Positions 56,396 through 64,000 of a DNA stretch of 64,000 nucleotides are shown here, piece by piece. Within the stretch, counting starts at the first letter, position 1, and each line of letters starts with the position of its first letter. Location of the stretch: assembly GCA_036391835.1 (NCBI GenBank), contig DASVZC010000114.1, forward strand, positions 9,805 through 73,804, given 5' to 3'. The notes below the pieces were generated by a model. The model searched no databases. It had not been told where the DNA came from and was given only the letters and a program-made list of their open reading frames with translations. The position numbers were made by a program, and so were the translations under genes. This DNA comes from Ktedonobacterales bacterium (lineage in GTDB: Bacteria > Chloroflexota > Ktedonobacteria > Ktedonobacterales > JADMIN01).

Positions 56396-57802
56396 TTACT
56401 CGCCTCCCTGCGACCCATTTCGCGAGGAAGCCGTTCGCCCACGAGACGGCGTCGGGCGCTCAGTGGAGCCCTGCGTATCACGTGCGCTCTGCGCGGCGCG
56501 GCGTGTTGGCGGCGTATCAGTCGGCTTCGCGGCGGCTGGCGCCGATGGCTTGCCGGATTGCTTCGCAGCGTGTTCCGCGGCATATTCGGCGCGCAGAATG
56601 GTCAGCGCGGCCTCGACCTCTTCGGCGAACTCATCCTCTTTGCCCCAGCGAGTGAAGGCATCGTAGTGCTCTGGCCCGAGCCGATCAGGTGTGAGGTCCC
56701 AGATCGCCCGCACGACCTTCGCCGCCTGCGCCTCGCCGATCTGCTCGATGACGATATTCTGGTAGGCTGAGCGCTGATGCGGCGTCGCCTGCCCACCTGG
56801 ATGCGCGGTTCGCATCGTGGCGATCACCTCACGGGCGCGGGTAGCGATAACATCCTCGGCGGCCTTGCGGGCGCCACCATTCAGCAATTCTTCGAGATCT
56901 GGCACGTCGCTGATGCCCGCTGCGGGCGCAGGCTTGGACGGCGCGGCGGCTGGCGCTTCGAGCGGGGCAAAGTCTTCTGCGCCGTCGAAATCTTCGTCGC
57001 CAGGGAGGTCGTCCGGGTCAGGATACGACAACTCGAAGGTCGGGCTGTCGTCCTCTTCGTCGAAGCGGGGGGCGCCAATCGGCGCGGGCCGCTTCGCATG
57101 CGCGACAGGAGCCGCGGGCGTCGGTTCGTTGGGCGTCCCACCCTCGCGCACGACCTGACGGCGAAGTAAGTCGAGCGCCTCGCGCAGATTCAGGCCATTG
57201 AGTGAGCGAACGTTCAACCGCTCCATCACCGTGCGAGCGTCGAGTCCGAGCGCGCCAGCAGCCGTCAGAAACTCGGGACGTGTCAGGTCGGGCCCAGTAG
57301 CAGCAGACGATGCGGCGGCAGGCGAGGCGGGAGCGGTCGGACGCGGCGCTGGCTTCTCGGCTGGTCGTTCAGTTGGCTTCTCAGCTGGCGCAGCAGCGGC
57401 GGAGATAGGACGCGTTGGCGTGGCGGGACGCGGCGCAGGCGCAGACTCGGGACGTTCGGACCGTTCGGGCGCGCTGGCGGCTGGCGGCGCAACGGGCGCC
57501 GGGACGTTGGCGGCCGCGACTGGCGTCGCTCCGGTTACTTCGGCGAGGTGGGCGTCGAGTCGGCTGGAGAGACGACGCATGCCCGCGTCAGCCTCGTCGA
57601 GCAAGGCCTCCACCTCATCAGGCGTGGCGCCCGGGCGCAGCGGCAGCGCGAGTTCCAGCGTGCGTGTCTGGCCGTTCACCGAGAAGGTGACCGACTGCCG
57701 CAGCCAGATATGGTTGGGGTCCCGCGCGCCGCGGGCGTCTGATGATTCTTCGCGCACTGCCAGCCTCTCTTTCCGCGCCAGATACATAGGGTAGCGTATC
57801 AT
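56396..57802 (-). CDS. Hypothetical Pro/Ala-rich protein with conserved-looking N- and C-terminal globular segments
   Basis: Its stop codon abuts the rsmD ATG. Long PAPxP low-complexity linkers. No motif recognised. Confidence 0.6.
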   Translation of the reverse strand: MIRYPMYLARKERLAVREESSDARGARDPNHIWLRQSVTFSVNGQTRTLELALPLRPGATPDEVEALLDEADAGMRRLSSRLDAHLAEVTGATPVAAANVPAPVAPPAASAPERSERPESAPAPRPATPTRPISAAAAPAEKPTERPAEKPAPRPTAPASPAAASSAATGPDLTRPEFLTAAGALGLDARTVMERLNVRSLNGLNLREALDLLRRQVVREGGTPNEPTPAAPVAHAKRPAPIGAPRFDEEDDSPTFELSYPDPDDLPGDEDFDGAEDFAPLEAPAAAPSKPAPAAGISDVPDLEELLNGGARKAAEDVIATRAREVIATMRTAHPGGQATPHQRSAYQNIVIEQIGEAQAAKVVRAIWDLTPDRLGPEHYDAFTRWGKEDEFAEEVEAALTILRAEYAAEHAAKQSGKPSAPAAAKPTDTPPTRRAAQSARDTQGSTERPTPSRGRTASSRNGSQGGE

Positions 57803-58107
57803 ATCCGGTCATAACCGGCTTTAGGTCATGGTGATGAGTGCATCGAAAGGTGGGATATGCCCTATGCCGAAACTCCAGCCGACCTCACCAGTTCCTTCTC
57901 ACCATTTGGATGACGAACGGCAGGGGAGCGGTGGTCACGGCGTGGGGCAAGCGGCGACACGAATGCGCACGAGGCGCCCAACATAGGAGAGTTAGCCAGG
58001 TATAACAACTGACCGCACGCCCCGGCGTATCATCATTTAACATCCCCTTAACATGTGGTTCTGCGGGTACATGGCGTTTTTTGACGTGAGAGGACGAGGC
58101 AAGCGCG

Positions 58108-58881
58108 ATGGATGGGCTGCAAACGTTGCTGTCAACGGAAATGCGGGACAACTGGAAGCTATTTCTCGGCATCAACGGACTTGCGGGCCACTCGGCGCCG
58201 CTCGATAGCGCGATGATCTTCAGCGCGAATGATCTGCTGTTCGCGCTCCCAGTCGTACTGCTGGTAGTGTGGCTACTGCTGGCGCGGTGGTCGCCATTCT
58301 CGCGCTGGCTGACACGACGGGCTGACGCTTCGACGGCGGAGGGTGATCGCTGGCTGGGGCAGCGGGCGCTGCTCGCGGGCGCCCTCGGCGTCGGGCTCTC
58401 ACTCGGGCTGACGCTGCTGGTCGGCGCGCTGATCTTCGAGCCGCGCCCGTTCATTTCGCATCCCAGCGTGGCGCACAAGTTGATCGCCCATCCCGCCGAC
58501 GCGTCGTTCCCCAGCGATCACGAGACCGTCGCGATGGCCATAGCGCTGGCGCTGACATTCTATGCGGTCTGGCTGCTCATCCACATCGCTCGCGAGCGTG
58601 TCCGCCAGGGGAGCCAGCGCCGCAACGCCAATCTCGACCTGAAACGCGCGCCATGGCTTGGCCGGACGGCTCCCGCGCTGATCGCGGCGGCGCTGGCGCT
58701 CGTCATCGCAGTGACCATTGGCTTCGCGCGCATCTACGTTGGCGTCCACTATCCAGTGGATATCGCAGGCGGCGCCGTCAGCGGCTTCGTCGGCGATGTG
58801 ATAGCCTTCGCGCTGATGCCGCTTGCCCAGCGGGTCTACCGTCCACTGGTGCGGCTAGCCACAGTCCTGCGCTTGGCCTAA
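58108..58881 (+). CDS. PAP2 superfamily phosphatase (undecaprenyl-diphosphatase-like)
   Basis: PSDHETVAMA and YVGVHYPVDIAGG. Confidence 0.85.
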   Translation: MDGLQTLLSTEMRDNWKLFLGINGLAGHSAPLDSAMIFSANDLLFALPVVLLVVWLLLARWSPFSRWLTRRADASTAEGDRWLGQRALLAGALGVGLSLGLTLLVGALIFEPRPFISHPSVAHKLIAHPADASFPSDHETVAMAIALALTFYAVWLLIHIARERVRQGSQRRNANLDLKRAPWLGRTAPALIAAALALVIAVTIGFARIYVGVHYPVDIAGGAVSGFVGDVIAFALMPLAQRVYRPLVRLATVLRLA

Positions 58882-58960
58882 CGTCTCGCCAGCGACCACG
58901 CTAACCCGCGCGATGAAACAGCCCTTGCTTCTCTCTCAGTGGCCACGGGCTGTTTCCCAT

Positions 58961-58989
58961 TTGACAGAAGTTGCGGCGCGCTACAGAAT
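58961..58989 (+). promoter_or_regulatory. Candidate sigma-70 promoter TTGACA-17 nt-CAGAAT
   Basis: Perfect -35 at 58961-58966 and -10 at 58984-58989. About 117 nt upstream of ATG 59106. Confidence 0.4.
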
Positions 58990-59105
58990 ATGGCCACAAT
59001 CGCCAGTGGGAGCGGACGCAGTGACGCGCCGCCGCAAACGTTGGCCCAGGGATGAGCGATGTGTCGCGAGCGCGCCACTGTCGGCGCGGGAGGTGTGCCA
59101 CTTCT

Positions 59106-60851
59106 ATGCAGACATCCGCTGAATTCGAGACGGTTCCTCATGACCATAGCGCACACTCGCGGAGCTATGTGAGCGGGACGAGCGATACGCCACTGCTCGG
59201 CATGACGATTGGCGAGGCATTCGATACGACGGTGGCGCGCTTCCCCGACCGCGAGGCGCTTGTGGCGCGGCAGCAAAATCTGCGTTATACCTGGCGCGAA
59301 TTGCAGGAGGAAGTCAACCGCTGCGCACGTGGATTGCTGGCGCTGGGCGTCAAAAAGGGGGATAGGGTCGGTATCTGGTCGCCCAACCGCGCTGAGTGGG
59401 CGATCATCCAGTTCGCGACAGCCAAGATTGGCGCGATTCTGGTCAACATCAACCCGTCGTATCGGCTGCATGAGCTCGAATATGCGCTGAATCAGTCGGG
59501 CTGCTCGACGCTGGCGCTGGCGCCCAACTTCCGCACGACCGACTACACCGAGATGGTGTTGACGCTCTGCCCAGAGCTCAACCACAGCGCGCCGGGACAA
59601 CTCGACAGCCACCGCATCCCCAGGCTGCGCCACGTCATTCGCATGGGCGATACCCGCGCGCCGGGCATGTGGGTCTGGGGCGAGATGATGGCGCGAGCAG
59701 GCGAAGTGAGCGAGCAGACGCTGGCCGAACGGCAGGCCGAGCAGGAGTTCGACGACCCGATCAACATCCAGTACACCAGCGGCACGACGGGCAACCCGAA
59801 GGGCGCGACCCTCAGTCATCACAACATCCTCAACAACGGCTATTTCGTGGCTCGCCTGCAAAACTTCACCGAGCAGGACCGCTTGTGCATCCCCGTCCCT
59901 CTCTATCACTGCTTTGGGATGGTGATGGGCAATCTGGGCTGCGTGACGCATGGCGCGACGATGATCTATCCCGCGGAGGCGTTCGATCCTGCCGCGACAT
60001 TGGAGACGGTCGAAGCGGAGCGCTGCACCTCACTCTACGGCGTGCCGACGATGTTCATCGCCGAGCTAGCCTATCCAGAGTTCGGCAAGTACGACCTGAC
60101 GAGCCTGCGAACGGGCGTGATGGCGGGCTCACCCTGCCCGGTGCAGGTGATGCGCCAGGTGATCGACAAGATGCACATGAGCGATGTCGAAATCTGCTAC
60201 GGCATGACCGAGACGAGCCCGGTGTCATTCCAGACGCATACGGATGATCCGCTGGAGAAGCGAGTCGGCACGGTCGGGCAGATTCACCCGCATGTGGAGG
60301 TGAAGCTCATCGATCCAGGCACGGGCGCGGTCGTGCCACGCGGGGCGCCAGGCGAGCTAGCGACACGCGGCTATTCGGTGATGCTGGGCTACTGGGAGAA
60401 TCCCGAGGCGACGGTGAAGGCGATTGACAGCGCCCGCTGGATGCACACTGGCGACCTCGCGACAATGGATGCGGACGGCTATGTCAACATCGTCGGACGA
60501 CTGAAAGATATGGTAATTCGCGGCGGCGAGAACATCTATCCGCGCGAGGTGGAGGAGTTCCTCTATACGCATCCGAAGATCAGCGATGTGCAGGTGGTCG
60601 GCGTGCCAGACGAGAAGTATGGCGAGGAGCTGATGGCCTGGGTGAAGCTGAAGGAGGGCGAGACGGCGACACCCGAGGAGTTACAGGCGTTCTGCCGTGG
60701 ACAGATCGCGACGGTGAAGATTCCGCGCTACTTTAAATTCGTGGATGGCTTCCCAATGACGGTGACGGGCAAAATCCAGAAGTTCCTGATGCGCCAGCAA
60801 GCCATCGAGGAGCTTGGCCTGCACGCGGCGGCAGGTGTGCAGACGGCGTGA
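59106..60851 (+). CDS. AMP-dependent acyl-CoA synthetase/ligase
   Basis: [38 protein letters not shown]. Confidence 0.9.
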   Translation: MQTSAEFETVPHDHSAHSRSYVSGTSDTPLLGMTIGEAFDTTVARFPDREALVARQQNLRYTWRELQEEVNRCARGLLALGVKKGDRVGIWSPNRAEWAIIQFATAKIGAILVNINPSYRLHELEYALNQSGCSTLALAPNFRTTDYTEMVLTLCPELNHSAPGQLDSHRIPRLRHVIRMGDTRAPGMWVWGEMMARAGEVSEQTLAERQAEQEFDDPINIQYTSGTTGNPKGATLSHHNILNNGYFVARLQNFTEQDRLCIPVPLYHCFGMVMGNLGCVTHGATMIYPAEAFDPAATLETVEAERCTSLYGVPTMFIAELAYPEFGKYDLTSLRTGVMAGSPCPVQVMRQVIDKMHMSDVEICYGMTETSPVSFQTHTDDPLEKRVGTVGQIHPHVEVKLIDPGTGAVVPRGAPGELATRGYSVMLGYWENPEATVKAIDSARWMHTGDLATMDADGYVNIVGRLKDMVIRGGENIYPREVEEFLYTHPKISDVQVVGVPDEKYGEELMAWVKLKEGETATPEELQAFCRGQIATVKIPRYFKFVDGFPMTVTGKIQKFLMRQQAIEELGLHAAAGVQTA

Positions 60852-61000
60852 CCTCACCCCCCAACCCCCTCTCCCGCGAGGAGAGGGGGAAAGACCCGTG
60901 GCAGAGTGACTGAGGATGCGTAGGCATGTGCTCTTGCTCCCGTCTCCCTGTGGGAGGGGGACCCCGCGAGCTAGCGGGGCATGGGGCCGGGGGTGAGGTC
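60850..61000. repeat. 151-bp element bounded by perfect 12-bp inverted repeats, with three internal hairpins and G-runs
   Basis: gacctcaccccc (60850-60861) and gggggtgaggtc (60989-61000). Hairpins: ccccctctcc/ggagaggggg (60865-60889), ctccc-tgt-gggag (~60945-60957), ccccgc/gcgggg (60962-60979). Confidence 0.7.
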
Positions 61001-61006
61001 CCACCA

Positions 61007-61291
61007 TCACATATTCTTCGTTTCGACGACCTCGACGATGCGCGCCTTCGCGTTCGACATGACCGAGCCTTCAACACGACCCCAGAGTTGTCGCAGCGCG
61101 GCCAGCATGCGTTCCGCCTGCGGCAAGTCTTCGAACTCGAGATCGATCAGGACGTAGAGGGGATCGTCCGTCGCGCGCATGATGTGATAGCGCAGGACGC
61201 CAGCCCCTTTACGATCAACCGGATCGTTCTCGAACGCCTGTTTCCAGCCCTCAAAGTTGGGTACGGGATGCTCAATACGTACGATAAACAT
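61007..61291 (-). CDS. Conserved hypothetical 94-aa protein (paralog of 13930-14214)
   Basis: MFIVRIEHPVPNFEGWKQAFENDPVDRKG.... AAGGGA Shine-Dalgarno sequence. Confidence 0.7.
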   Translation of the reverse strand: MFIVRIEHPVPNFEGWKQAFENDPVDRKGAGVLRYHIMRATDDPLYVLIDLEFEDLPQAERMLAALRQLWGRVEGSVMSNAKARIVEVVETKNM

Positions 61292-61402
61292 AACTCATCC
61301 CTTCTTGGCGCCGCGTTCACGAGCGAATCAACCCTACCAATACGATAGACCACAAAGCCTCGGCAATGCGCCATCTCCGCATGCGTTCGGCCGGCGCATC
61401 AC

Positions 61403-61597
61403 TCAGAATTCCTGGGCGTCGATGGCGCTCTCGATCGCGTGGAACGCGATCAGGCGTGTCTGATTGTTGAGTTGCAGCACGACGGCATCATCGCCTACCC
61501 AGGCGACCATCCCCGAATAGGAGGCGCCCGTCTCACTGGGCGCCAGGGTATCAATGACGACGCGCTTGCCCTGCCGTGCCTCGAACCACTGTTTCAT
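61403..61597 (-). CDS. Small hypothetical protein (64 aa)
   Basis: Clean ORF with a weak Shine-Dalgarno sequence. The beta-rich pattern GMVAWVGDDAVVLQL is reminiscent of small Sm-like proteins. Low support. Confidence 0.4.
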   Translation of the reverse strand: MKQWFEARQGKRVVIDTLAPSETGASYSGMVAWVGDDAVVLQLNNQTRLIAFHAIESAIDAQEF

Positions 61598-61989
61598 GCT
61601 GATTCCGCCCTTTCCGCATCACTTGACGATCGTGCGGCAGTCGTCGGATGAGGGGCCGGGCTCCAGCGCCGCCACTACCACCTCATCACATCCACCCGCA
61701 TTCCGCGCTCAGAACACCGTACCCGCATTGTATACCGAACCGCCACTGATACTATGACCTGTTACACAGTTCGCCCGATATGCGAGACATCCGACTCCCC
61801 ACCACGTTCTACATCTCTCCTCAGCATGCGTCGGACACCCTCAGCGCCAGACGCCACCTTGCGCCATCAGCCGCAGGTTCGCGGCAAAACCTCTTGCGAA
61901 CACTAGAACGCCTGACCTACACTCTCTGCTACCCGACGGGAGGCGCGCAGGGGAGATGTCCGCCCGCCGGGAGTGAATAGGAGGGGCGA

Positions 61990-63124
61990 ATGAGTGAGCA
62001 GGCGAAACAGGCGACGGTCGCATCTGGCGTCGCGCGGGTGGGGTATGCGCCTATCACGCGAGTGGACGCCGAGCGGCGAGAGATCGAACTCTGCGCCACC
62101 AGTGAGGCGCTCGACGCGCACGGCACCATCTTCGACTATACCGCCAGCAAAGACGCCTTCACCCGCTGGGAGGGCAATGTGCGCGAGATGCACGAGCGGC
62201 GCGGTCGGGCGGCGGGTCGGCGTGCGCTGCGATGACGAGGCCCGGCGTGTCTTTGTGCGGCTGCGTATCTCGCAGGGCGCGCAAGACACGTGGGAGAAGG
62301 TGGTGGATGGCACTCTACGCGGCGCCAGCATCGGCGCGAGTGATGTCACCTGGCGGCGTGAGCGGCGCGCCATCGCCGGACGCACACGCTGGGTCAACAT
62401 CGCCACGCGCTACGACCTGGCGGAACTGAGTCTAGTAGACAATCCGAGCAATCCTGACGCGTTGGGAGTCGTTTTCGTGCGCGACGCCACACCAGATGTC
62501 ACATTGCTCGATCCACTAGACACAGCCGACGCGCAGGAGTTGGCGGCGAGAGATACGCGAACGCCCAGGGCAGAAGCTAGCGCTACACACGACGAGCGCA
62601 ATCCGCTGCACGAGGCCGCGCGGGCAGCGTTGGCAGGCTGCGGCTGCCTGTGTTGCGAAGTGGCGCTGGCCGCCCTCGCCGAGGATGCCGAGGAGGTAAA
62701 CGACGGCGCGCAACGAGCGGCGGATACACAAAACGATGCGCTGACACACGCGCTTGCGGCAGGACTTCGACTGAATGCGGCGCGACTGGAGCAGTTCGAC
62801 ACAACGCTCACGGCTGCGGTGACGGCGCTCCAGAGCCGGGCAGAGCGGCGGAGTCTCGCGCAAGCGTCTGACAGCGACGATGGGCAGGCTGCGCGGGTTG
62901 TCGAGGAATTGCGAGCGCGGGTGGCGCGGCTGGAGGCGCAACCCATCGCGGGCGGGCCAGCCGCGCGGCCAGTCGAAAAGACGCTTGGCGGCTACGGAGC
63001 GCTGGCAGCTGGCGACGAAGTGCGGGCGTTGGAGGCGCTGGCGGGGAGACTTCGCGATCCGCAAGCGCAGTTGGCAGTCGCAGCGGAGATGATTCGGCTG
63101 CAGCAGCGCCCGAATGGCGATTAG
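61990..63124 (+). pseudogene. Phage prohead (head-maturation) protease-like gene with C-terminal coiled-coil, disrupted by a frame change near 62197-62215
   Basis: AGGAGG lies 5 nt upstream of ATG 61990. Frame 1 gives ...LDAHGTIFDYTASKDAFTRWEGNVREMHERR and stops at 62235. The protein-like sequence continues in the +1 frame: AVGRRVGVRCDDEARRVFVRLRISQG...GTLRGASIGA...LAELSLVDNPSNPDA.... Confidence 0.65.
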
Positions 63125-63171
63125 CGCGGCGCGACATGTGACGACTAGGGGCGAGGAGGAGGATTTCAACG

Positions 63172-64000
63172 ATGACGAGCGAACTCTACACAACGGGAAC
63201 AGGCGCATCCACGATCTCAGATGAGAGTGTGACACTGGTACGCGAGGCGATGGGCGACGCAACCCGCGCCATCACGATGACGAGTGGACTGACTGGCTAT
63301 GAGCTCGAGCGCCCGGCAAAGGTGATCGTGCCGGTCATCACGCCGCTGATCAACATGCTCCCCCCGGCGACGCGGCGCGGGCGTGGATGTCGTCCACTGG
63401 AAGGCGATCACGAGCTTCGATACCTCGCGCAACTGGGGCACGCTGGCTGATGGCGCGCTGCCCAGCCAGGTCAGCTATGCCGTGGCGCCGCTGCAGAATA
63501 CCGTCCAGACGATTGGGCTGATGAATCAGGTGAGCTTTCAAGCGCAGTGGCGTGGGCGCTCGCTCGAAGCGGATGTGCGGGCGCGACGCATCGCCGAATT
63601 GCTCTATCAGGTGAAGATGACCGAGGAGCGCTGGGTGCTGGGCGTGTCGGCCTTGCTGATGGTTCCACCCGCGCCCGTGCTGTCGTCGGCGTCAAGCGGC
63701 GGAACGCTCGCGGCAGGAAGCTATTGGGTGAAGGTGACGGCCAAAAACGCGCAGGGTGAGACAACCGCATCCGCAGCCAGCAAAGTGACGACAACAGGCG
63801 CCACGTCAGTCATCACGATCACCGTGTTCACCGTGCCGAACGCGACGCAGTACAACGTTTATATCGCCAGCGGCGCGAGCTATCCCGGCGACGGCGCGGC
63901 ATGGCTGCAGGCAGGCATCTCAGGCGCAAACGCCGCGCAGCCTGCGATTGGCGCCGTTGTGACGCTTGCTGATGGTGTGACTACGCTCCCTTCTGGCGAG
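63172..64000 (+). pseudogene. Phage major capsid protein-like gene (partial at window end), frame change at a C6 run 63360-63365
   Basis: Frame 1 gives MTSELYTTG...VITPLINMLPP and terminates at 63450. The +1 frame reads on to the window end: RRRGAGVDVVHWKAITSFDTSRNWGTLADG...SYWVKVTAKNAQGETT...ATQYNVYIASG.... Confidence 0.65.

Noticed and set aside
1-64000. CRISPR arrays, tRNA/rRNA genes, IS elements, integrases
   Set aside because: All tandem repeats found are 2-3 units of 9-13 bp, with no spacer-repeat architecture. No tRNA-like T-arm (GGTTCGAATCC-type) was seen in intergenic DNA. No DDE transposase or tyrosine/serine recombinase motifs were recognised in any frame.

Overview
This is a 64-kb, densely coding segment of a high-GC bacterial chromosome. 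Most genes run about 65-75% G+C in hand-sampled 60-nt lines. I support about 50 CDS and see no rRNA, tRNA, CRISPR array, transposase or integrase. All protein calls come from motif recognition in the supplied translations plus my own reading of both strands; no database search was possible.

Housekeeping anchors:
- ftsH (partial; it runs off the left edge and is absent from the ORF track)
- purL
- mfd, pth and prs
- rsmD
- an acyl-CoA ligase
- a TetR-MMPL pair
- a CDF metal exporter

The many TPR and membrane sensor-like proteins, a bacterial NurA and the extended -10 promoters suggest a Chloroflexota-like or other Terrabacteria organism. That placement is inference only.

Features worth a second look:
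1. An AT-richer three-gene operon (24.3-28.1 kb). It encodes a one-cysteine E1/ThiF-like adenylyltransferase, a degenerate-methyltransferase / Cys-cluster / GNAT-like fusion protein, and a multi-TM HAMP-like protein. No known E1 partner is present.
2. A co-directional DNA-end-processing cluster (16.7-23.9 kb) with a Rad50/SbcC-like ATPase lacking Mre11/SbcD, a NurA nuclease lacking HerA, and a DinD homolog.
3. An overlapping HipA-like kinase / DUF3037 pair.
4. A RiPP-type PIMT-like O-methyltransferase with no RiPP genes nearby.
5. A structured intergenic repeat of about 100-130 bp, present twice 35 kb apart.
6. A 151-bp element bounded by 12-bp inverted repeats that fills a convergent gene gap.
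7. A NYN-domain protein split by an acidic/Q-rich insertion of about 120 aa. It sits inside a block that interrupts prs...pth-mfd synteny.
8. At the right edge, a phage head-protease/capsid module with no upstream portal or terminase. Both genes carry single-base (+1) frame disruptions.

Many long ORFs in the supplied track are antisense shadows typical of high-GC DNA and were rejected.
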